DNA of 62,335 bases, the filler included, from Choristocarpus tenellus KU-1152 (Eukaryota > Protista > Phaeophyceae), in the NCBI GenBank assembly GCA_964200185.2. It is 9 parts of 9 records of this genome, joined end to end, with 100 filler letters (N's around TTAATTAATTAA, not from the genome) between each part and the next. Parts side by side here need not be neighbours in the genome. Positions count along the whole stretch, not along the records: positions 4,596 to 18,306 come from CAXNAD020001399.1; positions 18,407 to 23,390 come from CAXNAD020012277.1; positions 23,491 to 30,396 come from CAXNAD020007094.1; 6 more parts are not named here. One strand, 5' to 3'. Below the pieces are notes generated by a model that ran no database searches, was not told where the DNA came from, and worked only from the letters and a program-made list of their open reading frames with translations. Position 1 is the first letter of the stretch, and each line of letters starts with the position of its first letter. The translations under genes were made by a program, and so were the position numbers. Below are positions 13,594 to 23,900 of the stretch, piece after piece.

Positions 13594-14261
13594 ATGCAAC
13601 GAGAGAATGTTTCAGAGGAGGATGAAGAAGATATTCGAGTTGCACGCAACATGTTCCTTGGGGGTTGCTTTCTTCTTCCGTGGCTCTGGGTTGTAAATTT
13701 GTGCTTTTTCGGACGAAAAGCTGTTCATCCAAGGGCTAAGTTATGTGAGTTAAACAAACTTCGTACCTTATTCATTCTCTTAACCTCTCGCAATGGATCT
13801 CACAAGATAATTTGGCATTTCTTGCCACTTAACCCATTGCTACTTTGAATTACCTCCAAAGAAACAAAGTTGGCAAGGCTGCCGTGGTATCTTTTTTTTC
13901 ATGTTACTATATCTCTACTGTGAACAGCCACACAAGCTGGGCGGAAAAAATCGTTGTCGAGCAGCATTTGTGACAGCTCCTATCTCCAAGTATTCATCTC
14001 TTCTAATTTGTTGACATCAAAAAGCATTTAAAGATGCAGCTGGTTGAATTTCACACCTTACGCACCCCCAACATCCCTTGTCATTGATGCCTTTATGGAA
14101 ACAATGTGTGCATAGGGTTGGGACGCTCGCTGATCGGAGTACTCCTGTACTGCACTTTGTTTACTTGGTGGGTCATTACCTTCCAAGTAATGTGGACAGA
14201 GTGGGTATGGGCAACCGACATAATGGTCGTGGTGCCTGATGCAGAACTAACAGGGTGGTGA
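13594..14261 (+). CDS. PSENEN: Gamma-secretase subunit PEN-2 (presenilin enhancer 2), 2 exons, 98 aa
   Basis: Exon 1 13594-13744 (ARNMFLGGCFLLPWLWVVN) splices in phase to exon 2 14116-14261 (WLGRSLIGVLLY...WWVITFQ...W...IMVVVP...GW*). Motifs G...LP.LW.VN, RS..G and W...FQ, and the length, match PEN-2. Confidence 0.92.
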
Positions 14262-16406
14262 CTCTCCTCCTCGATTGTAAACATTGTTCAATATGTCGTT
14301 CCCATAGGGATACATGGAGTTGCAATACAGTACTTTCTGTGCTTCTACATTGAGGAATCTACTTCCACTGGAGAAGAAGTCAGGTGATTGCGAAACAGCG
14401 TGACAAGTGACGTGGGTGAAAGACGGATTTACAAATGGGTTCACCCTGTTGCACGCCGCTGCCATTGTGACATGTGATGTGCCAATAAGTCTCTACCATG
14501 TGCACCCAATATCCTTCTTACCATTCAGAAGCAATTTGTATTTTCGAGAATATGTGAAGAAATTAGCATCGTCTTGTCATGGATATTTTACATTTTTTGT
14601 TGTTGCAAGCATTGTTGACGTATGCAGAAAAGTGTGCTACCTGTGACGCACTATTTCTGTCGTGGTTGTTTCTGGCCCTTAGGAAAATATAATGATTGTT
14701 TTGTTCGTTAAGTTTTATTGAATATATTGCAACTCAGACATACTTCAAGTTGCTTTTGTTTCGATCCATGTTTGCACTGAAAGTGAAGCAGAATGGGGGG
14801 ATGACCTGGCAGAAGTGGAAGGGTGCATATGTGTTAGTCTCGAGCATTGCTGATTCCGAGTCACAATGCCAGCTAATCATTTCCCAGCAATCCACTCCTG
14901 GTGGTGTTACTAGTATGAAAATGTACAATTTCTTGTAATGCCAGGCCTTGATATGATGGATCTGCCTGGTTGGGAATGCATGCACACCCAGACTGCCGCA
15001 AAACTTGGGGTCTGCTGATTATCTAACACGCTGATATATCTATGTACTGATGAACCTCTACTGAAGTTCTTGCGATTGCTAGAGCCCTCCAATGTAAGAT
15101 CATTCAATGTTACTGAGATCTCATACCACTGACCATGACAGGGGACACCAATTGAGCTGACTTCAATCTAAGAACAGTTACACCGTGTTAGTCCATTATT
15201 TGGTTGAAGTGTTACTCTCTGTTCTTTTCAAGTTCTAGGGGGTTCTTCTTTCTTAGATTTAAATGAAATACCTCTGTATTAATAAGATATATCTTTGTAA
15301 CCCTAACCCTACACTAATCTAAACAAACAAAAAATATTGACAACAGACATTTGAAATTACACAAAACCTTTGAATCCAAATTTTGACCTAGAAGATTTAT
15401 TTCATACTGTCTTTCTTTGGCTTTCCTAGCAGTTAGCCAAAAGCAAATGCCATGTAATGTCATACTCTGGAGCTGTCTCTAAAGTTTAACCATGAGTAGT
15501 TGTTGCTGTAGCAGTGTTTCAACTCATCTTCCTACAATCCTTATATCACTTGAACATGACCAGGCACGAAGAACTGTTTGGAAGTGTTCAAGTCCAAGAA
15601 AATGATAGATATATATAGCCTCGCCTTGGCTCCATCCATAGTGTAGAGCTTGGTGCTGTGGAGTTTGCAGAGGCACAAATAAATAGTTTGGCCTTACCCC
15701 CATACTCCCTGACTAAATCAGAAACACCTGCCCCTCCCTCCTGGGATGGTGTGCATGATGGGTAGATGGTGGTACAGTAAAGCAGTTAGTCATTCCCAAC
15801 GAAGGCATAATGCCTGGTTTGGTGATTGTAATACCTTACTCACCACTGTCAAATACTTCGAATTATCTATGTGGGCTAGTGCTGTTACTATGTAGATCTC
15901 TATTATTTTCTGAATGATGTTGTCACAACTATATTTATTAGTACTTGATCATGTTAGACCACCACCAGAGCACTTCAGTACAAGCAGATAGTTCCTAGCC
16001 TGAGCGATCTTGCATAGTTTAGCGGCACAGAAGTTGATAAATGTATGATATGCTCCTCCTTACAAGAGTATGCACTACTTCATATGTTACATATTCTATG
16101 GTAAGAACCGTTGTCTAGTTCCCACAAGTGATGTGCTGGATACCTGCAATAGAAGGATGTCAACTTGAACGATTCAGGTCTGAACTTGAGTAGCACTATC
16201 CTTGCCACTGAGCATGAAGTGGAAATCTGAAGCAGAAAACACTGAATCTGCTCCTCAGATTCAACCTTTAACTAGCAGGCTGAATTTTTAGATTTGCTGG
16301 GACACTTGATTCTAGGAGGTGAGGCAATATTCTATATTTTTGGCAAGCGGACTATTTCTTGCTGTGGAGGAAGAAGAATCCAGTAGGATTATGATGGTAT
16401 GATGTT

Positions 16407-16432
16407 GTGTGTGTGTGTGTGTGTGTGTGTGT
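16407..16432. repeat. (TG)n microsatellite
   Basis: Directly visible. Confidence 0.9.
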
Positions 16433-16631
16433 ATCACTTGTGTTGCATTTTGAGAATGTTGGGGAGGAGAGTGTGCTTGTATACCATCACTTGCTTGAGC
16501 AATCAATCAATCAAGCACTTTGTTTTGTGTGATTGAGAATTGAGTGTGGTGCATTGCCTCCCTCTCACATCAGGTGGTATCTCTGTCTCTATCTCTGTCT
16601 CAATTCTCAGATCTAGTGTATGTAGTATAGA

Positions 16632-16883
16632 GAGTCAAAACAAACGAGAGTATCAGTTTTTGTACATTTTGTACTTTAGGTCAGTTTTTCAAAATTTTGC
16701 AATTTACCCGTATTTCTATGGATGAGGTGCTATGTCTTGACTTAAACCGGATGATTCTCTATTTTTTTCAACTTTCAATTGAATTCAGAAAATTCTTACA
16801 TACTTTTGTAAAAAACCCTGAATTTTCCACATATTTGATAGCATCCTTAGAATGCAATTTTGGATACTTCTTTACTTTGACTC
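16632..16883. mobile_element. Possible diverged MITE with GAGTCAAA...TTTGACTC termini
   Basis: AT-rich 252-bp segment bounded by 8-bp inverted termini matching the start of the MITE terminal motif at 48190. No clear TSD. Confidence 0.4.
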
Positions 16884-17965
16884 ACAATCACTAATGATAG
16901 TAATACCAACCAGTCCTATTGGTAGAAGGAAGTGGATGTCAATCAAACTGAATGACAATAGTGATGGTAAGAAGAACAACCATATTGTAGCATATACTCA
17001 GGAGTAGTACTGAGTGAGAAAGGTGGAGACTGCATAGCATTGTTTCTTCATTATCAGTACATGTACTTGACTTGTTTGTGTGATTGCATAAATTACTTGC
17101 ACAACCAACTAGTGAAATAATCGTGACTCCTTGATCTTGATTGTGCCTTCATTGCTTGGCAAACTGTCTTGCTTGCTGTGTTGAATTATTGTGAGGGGAG
17201 AGGAACAGTTTGAACATACCACCAATCACCCAGTGTTCAACAAGCAGTTCTGTTACATTTTTTGAAGTTATTCCACTTCCTATCAATATATTGTATTATG
17301 TACTCATTATGTATGAAGTACATGGGAAAAAAAATGTGTATTGTAGTGTAAGGTTTTGGGGAATAGAGATAGAAACCTTGTGCATCATGCACAGGAGAGG
17401 TAGGTCTATGAGTTATGTGCAAAATACAGGATAGAATATACATGGTTATGTGCGATGGATAAAGAATATGTATACATATATCCATAGCCATGCCCCATTA
17501 CCTCTGGGGAAATCCCAGGTCATACCGTCATGTGAGGTAGTGCCCTGTGTGTACATATTTATATATAGTGATACGCATATTCTAACTGGTGTTGACATAC
17601 TACATATTTTGAAGTACTAGTATATATTAGGATTATCTGTGGGGCATACTATTCATATGAATTAATAGTATGTTTTATCTCAACAGAACAAACCATGAGG
17701 TTGCTGGACTTGAGTTCTACATGTTTTGAAGTACACAGAGTGCAAAGATGGAAGTAAGGCTTGAACATTGTGTTGTAGCTTATTCTCTGATTAAGATTGG
17801 ATGGAACCCTTGGAAGCCAGTATCAGACTCTCTCCATATGCTTGTGGTATGTAATGTGAACTTATTTCCAGGACCGACATCATCACCTATGACATGCAAG
17901 TAGAACTAGAAGGCCTTCACAGTCAGTCCGAGTGGGGACAGGAGCAGAAAGCGATGTATATGTAT

Positions 17966-18306
17966 GTATGTAAATATAATGGTTGTATATATATATGTAT
18001 GTAAATATAATGGTTGTATATATATATGTATGTAAATATAATGGTTGTATATATATATGTATGTAAATATAATGGTTGTATATATATATGTATGTAAATA
18101 TAATGGTTGTATATATATATGTATGTAAATATAATGGTTGTATATATATATGTATGTAAATATAATGGTTGTATATATATATGTATGTAAATATAATGGT
18201 TGTATATATATATGTATGTAAATATAATGGTTGTATATATATATGTATGTAAATATAATGGTTGTATATATATATGTATGTAAATATAATGGTTGTATAT
18301 ATATAT
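17966..18306. repeat. 31-bp minisatellite, 11 copies, truncated by gap
   Basis: Unit GTATGTAAATATAATGGTTGTATATATATAT repeated without spacers up to the N-gap. Confidence 0.95.
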
Positions 18307-18406
18307 NNNNNNNNNNNNNNNNNNNNNNNNNNNNNNNNNNNNNNNNNNNNTTAATTAATTAANNNNNNNNNNNNNNNNNNNNNNNNNNNNNNNNNNNNNN
18401 NNNNNN

Positions 18407-18523
18407 CTGACACATTTGCAAAATGTCAGAGGGCATAATAGCATATATGTAAATATAATATATTATTATTATAAATATATATTTAACTTTTTTATGCCCT
18501 CTGACGTTTTCCAAATGTGTCAG
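18407..18523. repeat. 32-bp inverted repeat with AT-rich loop; member of dispersed TGCCCTCTGAC...TCAGGGGG family
   Basis: Arms 18407-18438 and 18492-18523 are reverse complements with 2 mismatches. Related copies near 30146, 43259 and 52091. Confidence 0.85.
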
Positions 18524-18639
18524 GGGGAAACCAATGAAAACTATTCATATGTCAGTATAGACCCTAAAAAAATAAAATGTCACAAATGTGAGAAACACTT
18601 ATCTATTGTTATTTCGATATGTTGTATCACTTGCCTTCC

Positions 18640-18755
18640 TGTGCCTCCAATCTACCTTTTCCTGTCCCAGGGTGAGGAGCGACGGAAGCATCCCAAGAAT
18701 CCTACAAACTCCTCCGTGCGCATCTCCCTGGTGACTACAGGTTAAAATGCATCAC
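18640..18755 (-). mobile_element. 3' remnant of the RLE non-LTR retrotransposon, split off by the Copia insertion
   Basis: Removing the Copia and one TSD copy rejoins the frame: GVVKSRLRQIVSVTTKVALC*RVMHFNL*. A similar sequence (TTCCTGT...GGAAGCATCCCAAGAATCC) recurs at 51865-51912. Confidence 0.6.
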
Positions 18756-18760
18756 ACGTC

Positions 18761-18990
18761 TGTCGAATAACCTAGTGTTATCCTTACGTTATCTGTGCTG
18801 ATACAAGTATATATAATACAGGTTTTATGTACGTTTATCATTAGTTCGGTACAATACAAAGTAGTGGCATGCACATAGTGATATTGGACAATGCCCAGTG
18901 GATAATTACTATTCAGTGTTTGTTTTACCATATAACTCAACTAGTAGTAGCTTTTGGCGACGAGCCTTACATGCGCCAAGTTTCTCAACA
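18761..18990 (+). repeat. 5' LTR (230 bp)
   Basis: Roughly 90% identical (manual estimate) to 22100-22329; TG...CA ends. Confidence 0.95.
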
Positions 18991-21900
18991 AACTTAAGTG
19001 CTTTAACCCAAACTCTAGCTATGGGAGGCGCAGCTGGACTGGTTTAGTTTGAGTTGGTATCACATCACTCATGGGTACAGATGGGTTTCACACCAAACTC
19101 CTCCAACTGATCGACGACAATTATGCAGACTGGTTCGCTACAACTCGCGCATTCTCGGGTGCGAAGGGGGACTAGATGAGGCGTTCGAGCCGAGAGAGAA
19201 ACCCATCAGGGTGAGTGGCATAGAATTCACTAAGGGAGAAGATGTCAGTGAAGAAGAGGTCACCAAGGCCAAGAAAGCTTACGGCGTCCGGTTGCGAAGT
19301 ACAGGTGCATTGTACGCAATGCAGCATCACCCTCAGAGGCTTGGATGCAACTGAAGGAGCACTTTCTCATTCACTCAGATGAGGAAGTAGCAAGACTCCA
19401 GAAACGGGCATGAATGTCAAGATGTAGCGGGGGTCCGACCCCCAAGTCACTTTTACTTTGATGTTAGATTGGGTTGGCCAGATGGCTATGATGGGACATG
19501 AAATGTCCGAGCAAGTTCTACAAATAACCTTTAAAAAAATATAATTGAAATAACTTTGGAAGTAATGACACCTTCAGCTGAGTCGCCAGACGAGAGCGAC
19601 ACCGCCTAAGAAGGCGGATGATATATCTGGATCAGAGAAACCGGCTAGGACTGAAAGGACGTTTAAGACCATGTCAGCCGTTGTAACTGACAGTGGCAAG
19701 GTGAGCCGATGTGATTCAGGGAAATGGTCTTTTGATACTGGGGCATCCAATAGTGCGACTAACGACCCAATGTATATGAATGACTTCACATCATGTCCCC
19801 AAGGCTAAAACGTGACAGTGGCTAATGGCACATCAATATTCATTGAAGGATACGGCAAACTCGATCTGAATTTCATTGTAGGCCTTGATGGGTGGGTGCA
19901 CGTTACTTTAGGGTCTCTTGCATCAGTCCCAGATCTAGCATTTAATTTACTCTCTTCACACTCAGCTAGTATAGCAAAAGATGTGACCATCAAAGGAAGT
20001 GGTGTGGCATACTACATATCTGATATGGAGGATCTCCCGCTTGTTTTTAAGTGGGATGGATCCATGCATTCAGCTGACGCAGAAAGGTTCCCACCCCCAG
20101 AAGATGCCACCCCAGTTTACATACATTCTCCCCATGCACGCAGAGTGACTGGTGCAATCCAAGAGATGGGGGGTGAATGTGCCGATAATGAAGATAATGA
20201 AGGTATCTCCTGGATTGAAGGAGGATTAGAAGACGTTGATCATCTGAACCTTCATGTACCGACAGTGATGAACTTGTGGGTGATGATGTTGATGATGGGG
20301 TGAATGAGTATAAGAACAGCCAATGTGAGAGGGAACTACAACGACTCAGCATTGGCAATGGTGACGACAACATCTGTCCCCATCGCACCAGATCAGGCAA
20401 TCATCCTACTTCCACCAAAGCTGCTGACTTCGACATGTCCAATTTTTTTATTACTTTTTGTCTGTTTTCCATTGAGACTATTTTTATGATTTTTGTGAGT
20501 AAAAAGTCTGTTAGAGAGTTAGCGGATGAATTCCCTCTCAACCCCAAGACTGCAATAGCAGCACATAGTTCTCCTCAATGTGATTTACAGGATCGAACTA
20601 GAGCAGAAGAGATGTCTGGTTTGTTGTTTGAATGACAGTTGGGTGGAGGCCGTGTTACTCCCTGGACGCAGGGAAATTTACACCAAATAGATTCACTAGC
20701 ACAAGTTAAAATGAATTTGGTAAGGTAGTGAGACACAAGGCATGTCTAGTAGCAACAGGGTTTGCATGAGACTAAGGATTTTTATATTTTGTGATACTTT
20801 TGCCCTGATGACATGGGCTGTATGTTTAAGGATGATTTTTGGCACTAGCTGCAGACAAGGATTCATACAATATTTGTTCGTTTTTGTGATGGGTGTGGTA
20901 CATGGCTAGGAAACATTATGCGTTTAGTGAAAGCTTGTTATGGCAACAAATAGGCTAGCAGGGAGTTTAACAATATATTCGTGCACGGTTTTGAGCAATG
21001 CAGAGCAGATCCTTTTGTGTTTCGCTATGTAAGAGATGGCGTTGTTTGTGCTGTGGTAGCCCCCCACGTTGACGATCTTTTGGTACGTGGTATGATAGAT
21101 GTTTTGATTTGGGTTTGCTCTAGGATTAAAGAGCAGTTTTCCATAGAAGACTTTGGTTATCTAGAGTATTATATGGGTTTTGAGATATCACGTGACAGAA
21201 CTGTACAAAATGTCACAATCAGTCAGAATAGGCACGTTAAGAATATTTGTCAAAGATTTGGAATAAATGGGGCAAAGAAGAGGTCGGTACCCCATGATCT
21301 CTCAAGATCTCTGGACAAGAGTGAGGATCATCCAAGTATTGCTGAAATTGCACCATATAGAGAAGTGGTTGGTAGTCCGATGTGGGCATCTGTTATGACT
21401 AGACTTTGACATTGCAAATGCAGTTCATGAAGTTGCCAACTGCAGTAGCAATCCCAAAGTCACTCACTGGCGTGCAGTGAAGTGTATTTTAGCATATTCG
21501 AATACATATCCCAGTGTTGCATTGAGTTTTGATGGTTTTAATACTGAGTGTGAGTTGGGTACATATGCTGGTGCTAGTTATGCTGGAGATTGTAATGATC
21601 GTAGACCAGTGACTAGGGAGTAACAATGTTTGCAGGAGGAGCAGTATCTTGGATGTCAACGGTATAAAGAGTTGTAGCTCTGTCTTCCACGGAGAGTGAA
21701 TATATAGCTCTTAGCAGTGTGGCACAGGAATTACTTTTCTTGATAGTTTTTTTCAATTTATTCAGACACAGTTCCCTAGGCGTTGCATTGACACGTTCGA
21801 GGATAACAATGGTGCATACAAACTAGAGCGAGATGCCACAAGCCCTACTAGAACAAAGCACATTGATGTCCGACACCATTTTCTTTTGAGGGCATAGCTA

Positions 21901-22099
21901 GAAAAAGAGAGATTCGTGTTGTTTTTGTTGGTACTGCAAATTAGAGGGCAGATGTGCTGACCAAGAATCTGTCAGTTCGAGTTTTTAGACAGTATGTGAA
22001 GTTTTTGATTTACATGTAAGATAACATGTGTTTTTTGTTGTTGTTGTTGTTCAAGATTGATTGATTGAGAGTAAATACTTGCTTTCAGCAAGGGGAGGA

Positions 22100-22329
22100 T
22101 GTCAAATAGACTAGTGTTATCCTTAGGATATCTGTGCTGGTACAAGTATATATATAACTTAGGTTTTATGTACGTTTATCATTAGTTCGGTACAATACAA
22201 AGTAGTGACGTGCACAGAGTGATACTGGACAATACCCAGTGGATAATTATTATCCAGCGTTTGTTTTACCATATAACTCAACTACTAGCTTTCGGTGACG
22301 AGTCTTACATGCGCCGAAGTTTCTCAACA
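22100..22329 (+). repeat. 3' LTR (230 bp)
   Basis: Preceded by the PPT and followed by TSD ACGTC. Confidence 0.95.
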
Positions 22330-22334
22330 ACGTC

Positions 22335-22930
22335 AACACAGTGCCACTTTCGTAGTTACTGAGACAATCTGGCGTAGCCGAGATTTGACCACTCCTTTCC
22401 TGCTATATCCTTCAGTTCCTCTCCCCTCACCACGTGTGTAGCCAGCTCATCTAAGAAACATTCCACTTGCTTGCCGAGGCACCCAAAACGTTCCACCGTG
22501 AAGGTGTTGAGGTTATAACTACGAGGATCAAAAGAGCCCTCGTAGTGGGTGCGCTTTCGTGCCTCAGCTTCAGCAGCAGCTACACCATTGCTGGTGGATG
22601 AGTGTGCAAGATGGGAGGTTGCTTGCACTTCTGTAAATGTAATATCTAGCAGAAGGCCTTTGTCCCGGTAGGGAGCTGTTCCTGCGTCCGCAAGTGCCCC
22701 TGCATGGAAAACTAGATCCATACGGAGATTTTTGTCTACCGTGAAGGGGCTGCCGTCCTCCGTAGTGCAAGGGATGCCCATTCCCTTGCATAGTTGCCTT
22801 AGGATTTTTTCCATGGGTGTGTGCTGTCATAACTGTCCTCCTGCCCTGGGGTAGGTACAGGCATGCCTGGCATTGACATTTTACCTCCTGCACCCCACCA
22901 CTGGGCACCTGTTTGATAGAGCCTCCTCCC
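22335..22930 (-). mobile_element. 5'-truncated non-LTR retrotransposon, restriction-like endonuclease (RLE; CRE/R2-group-like) C-terminal domain
   Basis: ORF 22356-22814 has LRMD...LLLDIT...AAAEAEARKRTHY...FTVERFGCLG, the PD-(D/E)xK RLE pattern. It is preceded by a frameshifted Cys/His-rich segment. Confidence 0.8.
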
Positions 22931-23490
22931 TCCCTGGGGATCTGCTGACTGTAAGCTTGAATTCTATAGGGGTATCTTATATATCAAATGAAAGCGTATG
23001 ACAAGAGCTTTTGAAGGTTTGTATCCATGAATGCACAGACTTTGGTGCATGGGAACTATGACTAGATCAAATAATGACCAAAACGGGGAGGAACACTTAC
23101 ACCGCAACTTCGACGGCTGAAACTTCAAAAACGGAAAAAATGAAGTGGTTGACTGAACTCCCCCCAAAAAACTGATGCGGGTTTGGTCCCTGCCCAAGTA
23201 TGATACGTGTGGCAATACCGAGAAAAAAAGACAAGGTTTGCAGACATCTTCTTAGCGCCATTTGCAGACAGGCTGTGAGCACACACATGCGTGACCCACA
23301 CAGCAACATGAACCATGACGGTGAGGTAAGGAGAGTCGCCGAGGCCACTCTGCCCCCTGGATCTACCCTCGGCACCTTCTCTGCCGAGAGNNNNNNNNNN
23401 NNNNNNNNNNNNNNNNNNNNNNNNNNNNNNNNNNTTAATTAATTAANNNNNNNNNNNNNNNNNNNNNNNNNNNNNNNNNNNNNNNNNNNN

Positions 23491-23774
23491 CTACCAGCAA
23501 CGTACTGTACAGCTGTGTGGTCATGACTCAGGAAGAAAGACACTTTACGCGTGGACCATACTCGCGTGAATATCTCTCCGAGTTTGTACCAAGTCGCCCG
23601 AATACGAGAATTCCGGTACAAAAGACTATTTTCTTTAGTATGTCGAAACAAGCGGTACAAAATGGGTTTGGTACATAATACGTGGTATAGGTGTAGATAC
23701 TGTATATAGAAAAAAGCGGTACAAAAATGGGTTTAGTACATAATGATTGGTATAAAATCGAGGTAGGTACTGTA
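23491..23774. mobile_element. Probable DNA-transposon terminus with subterminal direct repeats
   Basis: AAGCGGTACAAAA(A)TGGGTTT(G/A)GTACATAAT at 23650-23679 and 23714-23744, each unit followed by TACTGTA. Abuts a gap. Confidence 0.45.
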
Positions 23775-23900
23775 TATTTATGTTGTTATCTACCCGACGA
23801 TGTCTTACGACAGGAACTTGTCACTGAACTCCAATTATACTCACTACACTAATAGTGTTGAGATTAGTAGTACTAATCCTGTCATTTGAGTAGTGTCAAG

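Larger units (their letters stand above)
18761..22329 (+). mobile_element. Ty1/Copia LTR retrotransposon, degenerate, internally deleted
   Basis: TG...CA LTRs at 18761-18990 and 22100-22329; 5-bp TSD ACGTC (18756-18760, 22330-22334); polypurine tract AAGGGGAGGA before the 3' LTR. Protease WSFDTGAS; RT GFEQCRADPFVF...HVDDLL...YYMGFEI...PYREVVGS; RNase H VVALSSTESEYIAL...RTKHIDVRHHF...ADVLTK. Many stops and frameshifts. Confidence 0.95.

Noticed and set aside
17966-18306. CRISPR array
   Set aside because: Units are contiguous with no unique spacers, no cas genes are present, and the context is eukaryotic; it is a minisatellite.
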